A stretch of 64,000 nt of DNA from Prorocentrum cordatum. Taxonomy: Eukaryota. Position numbers and translations under genes: made by a program. Shown here piece by piece: positions 43,872 to 57,690 of the stretch. The stretch's first letter is position 1. Each line of letters opens with the position of its first letter. The notes beneath the pieces are model-generated. The model worked only from the letters and a program-made list of their open reading frames with translations, was not told where the DNA came from and searched no databases. The stretch spans positions 1,240,001 to 1,304,000 of the forward strand of contig CAUYUJ010000002.1 of the NCBI GenBank assembly GCA_963575745.1, given 5' to 3'.

Positions 43872-44979
43872 CTGCTGCCGCGCGCGGGGGCCCTCCTGCT
43901 CGGCGCGCCCTGCCAGCGTCGACGACGGCGCTCTGACGACGTTGGCGCCTCGACGACGTCGGCGCCTCGACGACGCCGGCGTCTGGGGCGGCGACGTCGA
44001 CGTCTCGAGGGGGACGTCTCGACGTCGGCGTCGACGACGTCGGCGTCGACGCTGGCGTCGACGACGTCGGCGCCTCCGCTTCGGGTGTCTTGGCAGAAAG
44101 CAGCTCGGAAAACTTGCCAGGGTGAACCCAGGGAGGGGCCTGGGGACTGATTCTTGGGGAGACTTTAGAGGAGAGGGGCAGCAGCAGGAGTGGGGAGCCG
44201 AAGGGGAGGAGTCCAGAGGGTAGCACGGCCGTCTTCCCTCTCTCCTCCCGTTGTCCTTCCTCCTCCTCCTCCTCCTCCTCCTCCTCCTCCTCCTCCTCCT
44301 CCTCCTCCTCCTCCTCCTCATCCTCCTCCGCCTCCTCCAGTACCTGACCCCAGTCCCAGCATTGCTCGCCCTGCCCCTCCCTGTACCTTGTTTTCCTCCC
44401 CGTCCTGCTCCTCCCTCCTCGTCCTGATCCACCTTCTCCTCCGCCTCCTCCTCCTCTCCTCCTCCTCCTCCTCCCATCCACCTCCCCGTCCTCCTCCTCC
44501 TCCTCCTCATTATCCTTATCATCCTTGCTTGTGCTTGCGCGTGCTTTCTGTAACTCCAACCACCTCCTCCCCCCCCGCCAAAGCCTCCTCACACGTCACC
44601 CTCCTCCTCCTCCTCCTCCTCCACCACCTCCTGTCTCCTCTTCCCTCCTCCCCTCTCCTGCCCTCTTCCTCTCCTCCTCCCCCGCCTCCCCCCCCCATCC
44701 TGCATCCCCCCTCCCCCCTCCTGCCCCGCCTCCTGTCCCCCCCTCCTGCCCCCCCCCTTGCTCCCCCATCCTTCCTCCTCCACATGTCCTCCACCCTTCG
44801 CCTCGGCACCACTCCAAGGTACGTCTAAGGTGCTCGTGTCGGACGTGCGCCTCCAACGTCAGCACAATCCGCCACCGCGTCCCCTGGCACTGTAGGCGTG
44901 GAAGACTGACGAGGTCTGCCCGGTAAGGTTTTTAGGATCTAGTCAGGGACCGCCCCTCCCTCTACTCGCGGACTGGCGC

Positions 44980-45245
44980 GTGCACCCCCCCTGCTCATCG
45001 AGGCCACTTCCCTCTCGCCCGCTCGAGGATGGTGCACTTCCGGCAAGGCAGCGCATGCATAAACCCCCATTCCACGCGTGCCCGCTCGAGGATGGTGCAC
45101 TTCCTGCATGGCAGCTAACACCTGAAGCCCCTTTCCACGCGTACCCGCACGAGGATGGCGCACGCCCCCCATGGCAGCTAATGCCTGAACCCTCCTTTCA
45201 TGCGCACCGAGCTCGAGGATCATGAACTTCCCGCATGGCTGCTCA
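44980..45245. repeat. Degenerate ~60-bp tandem repeat (CCCGCTCGAGGATGGTGCACTTCC)
   Basis: 4-5 visible units. Confidence 0.75.
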
Positions 45246-45339
45246 ATCCCAGGCCCATCATCCCACGCGCACTCATTCCCAGCCGCAGCTCTCAAGTGCC
45301 CCAGGGCATCCCAAGCAACAATACATCGTTAAAACGAAG

Positions 45340-45885
45340 GATACGCGCCCTGAGCTTCCAAGACGGCCCGCACAGACAACCGAGGACACCAAGATGGCCT
45401 AAGCTGCCTCGACGACGGCCCAAGATGGCCCCAAGGCGGCCGAACATTGTTTCAATACGGCCCAAGGTGCCTCCCAGAGGGCCCAAAAGTGGCAGCAAGA
45501 GGACCTCCAACAGGGTTCGAAGAAGCCAACATCATTGATTTTCCTCGGGGGGGTGAATGAGGTTCGCGTTATCGCCTTTTCGGGCTGCCGTCAGCTCAAG
45601 ACGACCCTAGGGGTCTCCACGATGCCCAAAAAACATCAAAGGTGGCCCCAAGATGTCTCAAGAGGACCCGAGACGGCCTTAAAAGGTCCGTCGATGACCC
45701 AAAACGGCGCCAAGACGGCCCCACGACAGCACCCAGAAACCCACCATACGGTCAAGAAGACCCCAACACTGCCCAAGAAAGCCCCAAGCCGGCGTACGAC
45801 TGCCCCAAGACGGCCCAAAAGGGCCCCAAGGAACCCCCATGTCTGCACCTCTGGAGGCCAGGACAGCCCCAAGACTGCCCAAGCG
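45340..45885 (+). repeat. CCCAAGA(C/T)GG-rich dispersed repeat (also 53480-53850 and 57150-57270)
   Basis: Recurrent CCCAAGACGGCCCAAGA motif. Confidence 0.75.
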
Positions 45886-45994
45886 AGTTTCATCATCCTT
45901 GTCGTCATCCTCCTCCTGCTCCTCAGCATCATCATCAGTATCAGCATAAAAAAATCATCAGCAGCAGCAGCATCAGCATCAGCATCAGCATATG

Positions 45995-46086
<92 letters not shown>

Positions 46087-46131
46087 TCATCATCAGCATC
46101 ATCATCCTCACCAGCTGGATCATCCTCATCG

Positions 46132-46164
<33 letters not shown>

Positions 46165-46191
46165 ACAACATCAGCAGCATCATCATCATCA

Positions 46192-48620
46192 GGCTGCTTC
46201 TCATGGGCGACTCCGACGCGGCCACGAAGTTCAGGATGGCGTTCGAGCGACCCACAGTGGAGTGGAGACAGGCGCTGTGCCAGACCTCTTCAGTGCATGA
46301 GCTGATCGCGGGATGCCCCATCACGCAGGCGTCCTGCGACCTGGGTGTCCGAAAATACGCGGACGACTTGACTTGCGCGCACGTTGCTCCTGATGCGTGC
46401 AGTGCGGCGTTGAAGGTCGGGACCTCGGACAGGCACCTTGACGAGACTCCAGGTCGGAGTGGACTGACACAGAGCCGTGGAACAGAACGATCAGCCCTTG
46501 CTTCGAGGGCCGAGGTTCCCAGAGGTCCACGAGAGCTCTATACTACCATTGGGTTCCGATTGCAGGTGAGGTTCAGGCCACGGCAGTCTTCTTGGGAGCT
46601 CGCACGCAGACGTCGGGGGAAAAAAGCGAGGAGGTACGTGCCAGGTGCGCAGCCATGTGCGTCGGGTGGCGCGGCGTGGGAAAGGTTTGGAGGATCTGCC
46701 CGTTCGTCGGTCGTAAGAGGTTGGTCTTCCAGATTGGAGATCTCGGCGCAGCTGTTTCTGGATTGGAGGCGATAGTGCTCACGCGGGACCAGGAAGCTCA
46801 ACTCCGCTGCCGTACGACGTACGAGTGCTCTGTGCCAGGGCATTGCTATATACCGACAGCTGAACGACGAGGGAAAGGAAGAGCGGTGGAAGGTCACGAC
46901 CACATGTGCGGAAGCGGCCTGGCAGAAAGTTCGAGTCGTCCCTCCGAGTATCGAACTCGCCGTTCGACGACTACGACATTACCGAGCTCACGCTCGCCGC
47001 CCCCATCCATCAGCACGTTCAAGAGCTCGCGGTCGTCTGCGGGAGGGTTGCGTCTGAGAATGCGGTGCCGCAACGGTTCTCTTGGACCCCAGCGTGTCCC
47101 TCTGAGGTCACGCCGAAGGCTCGCATCAACCCGCGGCCCCTGCAGTTCAATAATGGTCTGCTTGACTTGGGCAAGCTCGAGGGGGGGCTCCGATTTCCTG
47201 GACGCCGTATGTTGCGACTTCCTGAGGTTTGTCATGGTTCCCGAGTTGCGTGCGAAATTCCGGATGTTCAATATGAAGCGGCTCAGAAAGCGTTGGCTCC
47301 AGGCCCCGACGGTGACCCCCGCCAGGCAGCATGAGGACCAGGAGTGCTTCGAGGCTGGGGATATGTGCACTTTACCCAACGGCGCTGGTCTGGAAGTTGG
47401 CAAGAAGTTTCGCACGGTGCACGCGCCGCGCGAGGAGGGGAGCACGGACAACTCGACGCGTTCACCAAGCTCACGGTGACAACCCAGTGCCCGTCGTGCG
47501 CATCCACATCTGCATGTCGTCGTACAGCCATGAACCACAACACCGCAGCACACAGGTATGAGAGGGGCTACAGTCATCGGCCTGACCTAAGGAACGATAA
47601 ATAAGGAACGAAGCCCCTTTTTTATCCCAAGGAATAACGCATAAGGAACGATACATAACAGATAACGCATAAGGAACTGTAAATAACGCATGCAAGCCTA
47701 AGGAACGACCGAGCCCCTTTTGAAAAGTAAGTGTTCCTTATTCAAGCCGCTCACTGTATTAGACGAACGCGTTCCACTACTCGCATATTGCAGTAACTAC
47801 TCGCAAATGGCCTGATCCGCCGCAGGGGATCTACGATGCATTACATCAAAGCAGACATGTTTTTTTCCCACACGTTTGCGAATAGGAATTTTGCGAGTAG
47901 TGGAACGCGCTCGGTGAGTTATCGCTAATGCATCGGCACTCAACTGTCCTGTGGTACATCCGCAGCAGTTTGCTTGCCGAGAGACGGAGTGCGCAGTGGA
48001 CATCGCGGACCTTCTTTCACTACAGCAGCGCATCGCAGAGTCCCATCTGCCGTCTCCTCGGCCGCATGTCGCGGCTGCAGGCGCTCCCAGCGATGGTGCA
48101 GGCAGACGACGAGCCATCACGCAAGAAGGTCGAGCGGGGCACTAAATGAGGAGCATCTTCATCGGGCAGTGTGGCAAAAGACGGACAGAAGGAACAATGA
48201 CCCCAAGATGGTGGGCACAACCGAGTTAGGCGGCGATCTGATGGAGGCAGGCCAAGCAGAAGTACTTCCCAGTCATGGTGGCGCTCATCCTCAACATAGC
48301 GCTGAGACAGATGCAGATCGAATCAATCGAGTTGACGACCTTCCTGATGTCGTCGGGCATGCCGGCGGCGGTGAAGACGACGGCGCGCGCCAAGTTGTGG
48401 ACCCGCACAGCCGAGCCGCACAGGCCGATTCTACCTAAGGCCAATGCAGAGCAGAAGACCAAGGAGATGGGCACCGTCTCGGCTGCGTTCTACGCCGGCG
48501 TGTTCGAGGGTCTGGCTGCGGAGGGCAGCGCGGTGGGGCGAGCCAACCAGCAGCAGCTCGAAGAGCTGAACGAGCGGCAGAACGACCTCGCGATCTACGA
48601 GGTGGGCGAGGTCGTTCGAG
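46192..48620 (+). mobile_element. Old, 5'-truncated family B-like element: RT 3' half + ZnF + downstream ORF remnant
   Basis: LLMGDS, KYADDL, AVSGLEA, LTVTTQCPSC, ACRETEC...SHLP, then ATG at 48093 and VMVALILNIALRQMQIESIELTTFLM. Confidence 0.75.
47571..47756. mobile_element. Tc1/mariner-type MITE with TA target duplication
   Basis: TA|CAGTCATCGGCCTGACCTAAGGAAC ... GTTCCTTATTCAAGCCGCTCACTG|TA; internal TAAGGAACG repeats. Confidence 0.8.
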
Positions 48621-48911
48621 GATGGACCGGACCCCCTTTTAGTAAAATGTGGTTTAGTGTGCAAATGACCTCGGGCCCAAACCTGGCGGGCGCAAGCCTG
48701 GAAAATGGCGGCCGCGGCGCCCTCTCGAGAACCGACAACGGACAAATCACTAATCGACGTGTCAGGATGGGGGTTCTGTCCACCCCCGGATCGTGCCCCT
48801 AGCCGAGAGATCGGCCTGTCACGAGGAGGGCACAATGAAGCTCGTGCTGCCCTTCAGCTCGCGTCTCGACAATGGCTCCAGTGCGAGCGGCTCTCATCAT
48901 GGTTGAGGGCA

Positions 48912-49272
48912 GACTACAAACAAGGGGACGGCCCCGATGGGCCCCGTGGGGAGCGACAGATCCACTCGGGGCTGCCAGATCTCGAGAGTTTCATGCAAGA
49001 CTCCGAGAACGAACAATGGCGTAAACATAGAAACTCTGACCTCCGCGCGGATTTCTCGGACTGGAGCTGGACCCCCCTGGCGGCGCCTATGCCATCGTTC
49101 GTTCCCCTAAAGGTCCAGCGCCGATCCGAGAAATCTGCGCGGACCTTCGAGTCTTGTATGTTTAGGCCATTGCTCGTTCCCCGAATCTTGCATGCAACCC
49201 TAAAGATCTGGCAGCCCCGAGTGGATCCGTCCCTCCCCGCGGGGCACATCGGGGCCGTCCGCTTGTCTGTAG
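48912..49272. mobile_element. Foldback family 2, longest copy (~360-bp palindrome)
   Basis: Arms of ~165 bp: CTACAAACAAGGGGACGGCCCCGATG... / ...CATCGGGGCCGTCCGCTTGTCTGTAG. Confidence 0.85.
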
Positions 49273-50516
49273 CTGTAGCCTCCCCAAAACTGTCAAAAAC
49301 TGTCAAGACATGCTCCCAAAAACGTCCCCTGACTAATTTTTGACTATTTTTGAATATTCCCCCTGTAGAAGGACGTGCCCGACTTAACCCTACTGCAACC
49401 CCTCTCGGGCTTCCTTCCTCCGATCCCTCTCTCGCCTGGTCTCCGCCAGGCATAAGGGATCAGGTGCAGTCTCCTCACTCGGTGCATCCGAGGCTTTGCC
49501 ACTCACCGCCCCCGCTTCTAGAGGAGAAGAGGAGTCGGTCCGACTCTAGAGGCCAGGAAGTGGAGGGTGGGCCCCGACTTTCAGATATCGAGGGAGCGGG
49601 CTCCGCGAATCGCAGGAGTCGCCGGCAAGCAGCTGGCATGCCGATCCTTGTTCCCCCGACTGCCCTCCTCTTGTCGAGACGTGCCTCTCCTTGCCTCCCC
49701 CCTAAAGCAACCAGAGCTGCCACCTTTTTAAGTTTCGAAGGGCCAAGTGGTGGGAGGAGAGCCCCGAGCCCGTAGGAACACGAACGCTGGCCCAGCTGTG
49801 AGCAGGAGCTGCTGGCTTTGGGACGGCGTGAAGTCCCACCCCACCCCTTCTTCTTCCCCTTGTCCCGAGCCTCTCCTCACCTCTTTAGAGGGCAGAACAT
49901 CCACCCCGATAATAACCACCCCGACACGCGAAGTCGTTTAGTAAACGCACCCAATCAAGGAATCAAACAGGGCAGGGCTGTCTTGTAAACGCCCAGGGCC
50001 GTTTAGTAAACGCCAATTGTCCGGTCAGCGTGGTTTTTTCCTCTCTTGACTCTTCCCCCCTCGGAAGCCAATCAGAGCTGCTCAATCAGGATGTTTCGAT
50101 GGTCCAGGTGGAAGGTCGGGCGCCCCGCATCCGTCGCGCGACGAGTCCTGGCAATGCGGACCACACGCGTGCGAAGAATTCTGGAACTTCGGCGGGCACC
50201 AACTCGATTCACGGTCCCGCGGAGCCCACTATTCGAGTAGTTATTCACGGGAGGCCGTGGGCAGGTGGAGGGTGGCGCCCCACGGCCCTCTCAAGAATTT
50301 GTTCTGCACTGTGTAATTGGGCCGACAGAGGTGCCGCTCTGCGTCTTTTGGGTGCACCACTGCATCGACAGAGCTCGGCTGTGTCGTGAGTCGCGGCGAT
50401 GCTGGGCCACACATCGCAGACTGACGCTCGGGTGTAGCCCGATCCTAAGGGGCCCTCGCTGGGTGAGGAACTCTGCTGGCCCCCGATGAGATCTGATCTA
50501 ACCTGATCAGCATCAC

Positions 50517-50570
<54 letters not shown>

Positions 50571-51943
50571 TATTATCATCATCATCATCATTATCATCAT
50601 CACTATCATCATCATCATCAGCATCATCATCATCATCATCACGAGCATGATAATGATCATCGTCATGATCACCATCGACAGCATCAGCATCAGCATCATC
50701 AGCATCATCATCGGCATCATCATCGTCAGTATCAGCATCATCACCATCGTCAAGATCATCATCATCATCATCAGCATCATCGTCGTCATCATCGGTATTA
50801 TCATCATAATCAGCATCGGCAGCATCAGCTTCCTCATCATCAGCAGCATCATCATCGGCATCATAAGCATCATCGACATACTCATCATAATAATCAGCGT
50901 CACCATCATCGCCACCCCCACCAGCAGTACCATCACAATCACCATCACCAACGTCGCCGTCATCATCATAATCGTTCGCATCGTCACCATCACCAGAACC
51001 ATCATCATCATAAACATCATCATAACCACCATCATCATCAGCATCATCATAATCATCATGATCATCATCATCATCACCATCACCATCATCATCAGTATCA
51101 CCATCTTCCTCGTCATCATCAGCCGCATCCTCATCCTCATCAACCTCGTCCAAACCCCATCAGCATCAATGTCGCATCATCGTCAGCATAATCACCATCA
51201 CCATCATCGTCATCATAATCACCAACATCATCATGATAACAATCATTACCAGCATCCGCGCCATCATCAGCATTACCACCATCATTATCATCAGCATCCT
51301 CATCAACATCATCATCATCATCATCAGCATCAGCGTCGTCAACATCATTATCAGCATCATGAGCATCAACATCAACATCAGCATCATCATTACCATCATC
51401 ATCATCAGCAGCAACATCATCATCACCATCATCAGCAGCCTCATCATGATCGTCGTCGACGTCGTCCCCATTATCCTCATGCTTCTCATCATCCTCATCA
51501 TGGCTCTCCCAAGCCTGCCTGCTGCAAACACGAGGTGTCTCTGGTGACGGCCTCCCCTATCCCGTCGAATAGTGGCCACCAAAAAAAAGGGCTGGCACGG
51601 TGGCGGCACTTGCCGCAGGCAGCTGGATAGTACCAACACGTCCTCCTGCGTCCCCTCCCCCTCCCATCGGGCGTTGGCGGAACTGGGTTTAGTGAACCTG
51701 GTTTCGTGATTTGTACTGGGGGAGGCCCCCCCCCACCCTGTTCCACTAACCGGAACTGCCGTCACCCGAAAAACACCAGCTACGGCAGACCTGGTTTAGA
51801 GATTCTGGCCAAGTCAAGGGCCCCGGTGCCCTACCACTAACCCAGTCCCCTTACATGGGGTCCTGGCTATACCCGACTGCCAGAGAGCCCCCCGAAGCAG
51901 CCAGCGGGGCGCCGGCCCGCTGGCCCGCGGGGGCGGTTCCAGC

Positions 51944-51993
51944 CTGCTGCTCCGTCAGGCGCCGGCCCTTGTAGGGCTCGGGCAGCGTGTAGC
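51944..51993 (-). CDS. SET-domain protein, exon 5 (GYTLPEPYKGRRLTEQQ)
   Basis: SET YxG motif; completes the split Gly codon from exon 4; CAG|GC donor. Confidence 0.85.
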
Positions 51994-53859
51994 CTCCCAC
52001 CGCTGTCGGGGATCGAGGCGCAAGGAGGATTTGAGGATCGAGAGGGGTCTGAGGGGGTTGGAGGAGAATCGAGGATCGAGGAGGACCGAGGTTCGAAAAT
52101 CGAGGAGGCTCGAGGATCGAGCATGGTCGATGAGCATCGAGAAACGAGGGCCGAGGTTTGAGCAGGATCGAGGATCGAGAGCCGAGGACGGTGGCGGCGG
52201 CGGCGTCGACCCGAGGGCGGTGGCCAGCCCCGGGCAGCCCGAGGAACATGAGCATGAAACTATATTCGCAACTGCCACCACGCTCAGACGTCGTGGACGT
52301 TCTTCGTGGCAGGCTTGAGAGCGTGAGCTGTTCAGCCAGTCTGCACACCAAGTGTCGGGCAAGGCCTGCATAGCTCTGTGTATACATGTGCGCCTCTCAC
52401 CGCTCGTCGTCGTCTCTCTACGCTGGGGCGTTCGGGGCGGGGGGGGGGCAACGAACCGGGGGAAGACGGGATCGAAGATTGCAAGAAGGTGGCCCCAAAT
52501 AATGAGTATCGTTGAACCGATCCCCATCCCCAGCGGCGTGGCCTAGGCCCCACTGGCCGATTTACTCCCCTAGATAGGGATATAGGTCGTTCCCTTCGAG
52601 TTTCGAGGGGTGTATCCCCAACTGGTGTGGTAATTTGGTGGGGGTCGCGAAGGGGATGGGGATGGGGATGAGGATTGGTTAAACGATACTGAAAGAAGCC
52701 CACAAGTGTCCTCCAGGCCGCCACTGCGGGCCCGGAAGGTTCACGTAGGTGTGCGTTTCTTCGCCCCCCGTCTGTGCACCCTCGTGTTGACGACGTCCGA
52801 CCGTCACGCTCCCCGCTGTCCTCCTCGTCGGGGCCATCACTGCTGCCACGGTCGTCGCCACTGCCGTCGTGGTCGCCGTCGTCGTCATCACAGCCGCTCG
52901 CCATCATCATCGTTATCATCCTCATCCTCATCCTCATCCTAATCTTCCTCTTCCTCCTCCTCCACCCCCTCCTCCTCTTGTCCTCCTCCACCTCCTCCTC
53001 CTCCGTATCATCATCACCACCATCATCAATCTCATCAGCATCAGCTTCCTCACCATCAGCATCACCATCCTCATCGTCATCGACATCGTCATCGTCATCA
53101 TCATCGTCATCGTCATCATCACCAGCATCATCATCATCATCACCATCATCGCCAGCATCATCAACATCATCGTCAGCATCACCACCATCATCGTCAACAT
53201 CAACATGATCCTCTGAAATTTTTTCTTCTTCATCGGCAGCGTCATCATCGTATTCATCCTCACCACTCGAATCCAGCTCCCCCTGCTCCTCATCCTCATC
53301 CTCCAGATCCATGCTTTCCCCCTTGCGGAAGTATCCGCCGCCGTGTCCTGCACGATGCAAAGTGTCCACAAGTTCTCTGCATTGAACACCGTAAACAACT
53401 TCTGGCGTTCTTCTTGGCGCTCTTGCGCCTTCCCGGGGTTGCCCGCATAACTTGCCAGAGTCCAGAGGGCCCCGGGAAGGTCCAAGACTCCCCTCAAGAA
53501 ACGCCCAAGAGGGCTCAAGACTCCTCCAAAACCGCCAAAGAGTCCTCCAAGACGCCCGAAATGCCCCAAAGACGGCCCGAGATGCCCCGAAGGCGGGCGC
53601 CCCAAGCCGGCTCCAAGGGGCCCCCCTAGAGGGCCCAAATTTGCCAACATTCGTGATTTCAAAGTTTGGAGGTGTGTAGCAGAGTTCTGGTTGTTTTTGG
53701 CTGTCGACGCCCCAAGACGGCCGGCCCAAGAGGCCCCAAAAATCGCCCCAAGAGGCCCCCCAAAACGCCCCGAGACAACCATGATGGCCCCAAGACGGCC
53801 CAATAGGCACCCAAGACCCGACATTTCGAGCCCTTCGCCCCAAGATGGTTCCATAGCAT

Positions 53860-56600
53860 GCCATGATCTGACAGCTGCCTCCCAAGCTGCAGCTGCACCG
53901 GCCTCCGGCTGGAAAAAGTCAACCAGGCGGGCGTGGGAGCCCCACATCTGTCGGGGACGTCCTCGCTTGCGAGTCCCTGTCGGCATTCGTAGCTCGATGC
54001 CACCTGGCTGGAAGACGGAGCTGCGCACCGGGTCGTTGCCAGGGCGCCTCGCGAGCTTTCCGGAAAATGCCATATTTGTTTCGCAATGGCTTCGCTCAGC
54101 GGCCTTTCCCCGGCGATGCTCAAGACAGCGCTGTTGGACACGCGGCTATATTATGAGGGTTGCATTCGGAATATCAGATTCAAGCACCTGTCCTGGAAAC
54201 CGCCAAGTCTTTCGCGCTCTGACGGGCTTAAACAAGCCGCAAACATTCAATATCAAAATTTTGAAGCCACACACTTTTGGTCGGCGGGGAAAGAGCGAAC
54301 CTCTTCCGCTAAAAGCTAGGCGGGCGACGCGCAGCTTGAAATTAGGGAGACAGGGCGCAGGAAGGCGGGGCCTCAGGCGGCCGGAGCGGGTGGAACCCGG
54401 GGCGCAGGCGGTGCCGAAGAGCTTGCACAGGAGAAGGTACGCCGTGGACGGGGCCGGGGGCGAAGACCGGGAAGGCGGTGGGGGTGGTGTAGCCTTAAAC
54501 ATATCCAATTTCCTATGCCGAAAAAGAGTTGCGCGAAACCAAATCGAATCCAACACCTTCAAATCTTGCTTCGCTGCGCCGATTCCCCTGCTCAGTTCGG
54601 AACCGCAGCGGCCGTCGGACGAAAGCTGGGTCCCGAGGTACACCAGCGCCTCCTTCTCCCGCGCGGTCTCACCGACGCTGTTCACCACGTGTGCGTTGGA
54701 GCGAACCCTCATCATCTCGACTTTGCCCCAGTTCAAGCTCAGCCCGTATTGTTCGCCGCACTCCTCCACGTACGACATCAGCTCCTGCACGACGTCCAGA
54801 TTCGCATAGGAGTAGCGTGTCGTCTGCGTAGACCAACTCCCGCACGAAGGCCGCACGCTGATCGGTCGGTAATTGTCGCATGTCGCAAGGTCTACCTTCT
54901 TGTAGATAATGCGCACGCGCGATTTACGCCAAGCGTCTGTACTGTCGTCTGCGACCATTCCATATTGCAAAATCGGGTGACCCATGCTTGAGCTGGCTGA
55001 CCATCCTCGGCGGACGCTTTCAAGAATTCGTGCGGCAAGCTGTCCAAACCTCCCGCTCGTCGGTTCCTCAATCTGCGCACCGCCCACATCATCTCCTCGT
55101 CAGTGGTGGTGCCCAAGTTGACCGGAAGACCAGGGTGCACCACAGGGCCGTCCGGCAGCGCAGTCGTCGGCCGTACCGCCCACTGCAGGGTTTCCAGGTG
55201 CTGCGCAAGAGTATCTGCTCTGCCGTCACTGTCCACCAACTCGCCGTCGTTAGTTCGAAATCTCCCTTGAGCTCGCTAGGGTCCTCTACGCACTCTCCGG
55301 ATCTGAACCCAATCGCCTTCTCTGGTGGCATTATCAAGCCAATTCGCTTTGTTTCTGGCGGCAAAAATCCGGATGCATTTCGCAAAACCCTGTTCCCGAA
55401 CAGCGTCGCCATCTCGTCTGGCATTGTGTCTCATCGCTATGAGCTCCAGCGTGCTGCTGCTGATCCACGGCTTGCGCGGACGAAGCGGTTCCGATGGCAG
55501 TGCTCTCTCTCTTCGGCATGGTGAAAACCATCGACCAGTCGACACCAAACGACGTTCACGTTGGAATTGTCGGGAAATGCCTCTTCAAAGTCGTCCCATA
55601 CTTCGTTCAAGCGTTTCTGGAATAACTGCCGGACGCTGTCGTCGGCGAGGGCGCTGTGGTCTCGGCGACGCGCTTGCTCTGCAGCGGTGTGCACAAAGGC
55701 CTGGATGAAAAAAGTGATGCGACGACAGCGGTAGCTCCGGACGGGCACTCACGCTTCGGACGTCGGGCAGCCATGTCTGGTCGCATCCCAAGAGATATAT
55801 ATATATATATATATATGTGAATGTGTCTGTCCGCTGACAGGGGATCCGGCTCTTGTCCCAACATTGTAGCACGTTGCCAGACCGCCGATTGGGATGTCGA
55901 AGAATGAACTGGCCAAGCACATATTCGGATGAGTGTAAGTCTCCACCGACAGATGGCAATAGGCATCCTCCTTGCAAACTGCGTCAGGACATAGCAAAGC
56001 GTGATCACCGACTACCGCGTGCCCACAATCCATACGGTAGTAAAGCTTTGAATTGAAATCGCCCAACGTCCATTTAGGTCCGTGGGCTGATCTGGATTCC
56101 ACGAAGTCTGCGAGGTCGTGGAAAAATGTGTGCCGCTGATCGAATGGTTTCCCGCTGTGGGGCGCGTAAGCTGAGAAAATCACTGCCTTCCCCCCTGGAA
56201 TGCGTATCTTCAGAGAAGCCTTTCTGGACTTAAAATTGCTTGGCGAAACCCCACGACTGACTTCCGGATCCATGGCGCAACGAAGAAACCCACTCCAGCT
56301 CGTTCACTATCTCCGTCGGCGCCGCCTGACATGATGACCAAGAAACCGGAATCCGTCACGAACGTATCGATTTTTAGCTGCCACGTCTCCTGCAAGCACA
56401 ATGCCCCGATCTGGCTGTCTATCATGACTTTCTCAAGCTCAATATGTTTCCAAACTGTGTAGCCTTCAATGTTCCAGGATGCAACTGTGAATTCGGAAGC
56501 GGAGGGGGATAAACGCCCGCCCCTGCACACAGCCAGCGGCAGTTTGGTTTGACCATGCTGCGCCGCATAAGCTGCATGGGTATTAAGAGCGCAAAGGGAG
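53860..56600 (-). mobile_element. Degenerate RTE-like non-LTR retrotransposon (APE + internally deleted RT)
   Basis: VASWNI, LCLQETW, GVGF, SAYAPHS, LGDFN; NYRPIS; LVYADD; VYLG; C-terminal RKRGRPRQMW. Confidence 0.85.
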
Positions 56601-57359
56601 AACGAGGAGGGAAGGAGGAAAAGGACAAGGATGAGGAGGAGGAGGACGAGGAGGAGCACCTTCCCCCCTTGCAGTGCGGGCACCAGGCTGTTCCGACCCA
56701 GGTCGTAAGAAATTGGCTGGGAGGTCCGGGCTTCCACCTTGTGGCTGGGCGCCGCCAGTGAGCGCGCAAAACACAACATAACTGCATCGACGCACATGGA
56801 AGCGCACCGCAGCGAACACCGTTTGCAAGACGAGATCTCGATAAGCAGCAGGAATTCGTGTCGTGACGACCCCGGCGTCGGTTCCGACGCGCTGCGTGGA
56901 CCGTTCGAAAATTGAACGATCGGCCGCCTGTCGACCGCCAGATCGTTTAGGGAACACACACAATGGCATACACATAAAAACTCTGAGGTTCGCGCGGATT
57001 TCTCGGATCGGCGTTGGACGCCCCTCATTGGCGCGCGGAACGCGCTGGAGGCGCCGCCGGGGGGCTCCAGCTCCGATCCGAGAAATCTCAGCGGACCTCC
57101 GAGTTTGTATGTATGTATGTTTGTATGCTTTTCGGTTTTCACAGCGTTGAGGACGGTCCAAAACGCCCCCAAGACCGCCTCAAGACGGCCCAAGAGGCGC
57201 CCAAGAGCCCCCCAAACACGTCCCAAAAACGTCCCAAGACGGCCCAAGAGACGGCCAAGATGGCCAAGTCGTGCGGTAGTAGACCGGATACGGAGCATTC
57301 TCAAGCACACCCGGTGAGCGAATGCGAAAACATGCGTGTGTGTGTGTGCCTGTGCGCAG

Positions 57360-57690
57360 GCAAAGCAAAAACAAACTCAAGCAAAAGCAACAACAAAATG
57401 AAAGCAAAAGCAACAACAAACGCAAAAGCAAAAGCAAAGGCAAGGCAATGCAAAGCAACAACAAAACCAATGCGAAAGTGTAGATGTAGATGTAGATGTA
57501 GGTGTAGGTGTAGGTGTAGATGTAGATGTAGATGTAGATGTAGATGTAGATGTAGATGTAGATGTAGATGTAGATGCAGATGTAGGTGTAGGTGTAGATG
57601 TAGATATGAGTCTCGCTGTTGATGATGATGTAGATGTAGATGTATATGCAGGTGTAGATGTTAATGTAGCTGTCGCTGTAGATGTAGATA
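57360..57690. repeat. (GCAAAA)n followed by (TGTAGA)n hexamer satellites
   Basis: Direct inspection. Confidence 0.9.

Noticed and set aside
50245..51630. Poly-Asp/Met/His/Ile ORFs (also near 14.5, 46, 53 and 60 kb)
   Set aside because: (CAT)n microsatellite with no complex coding signal.
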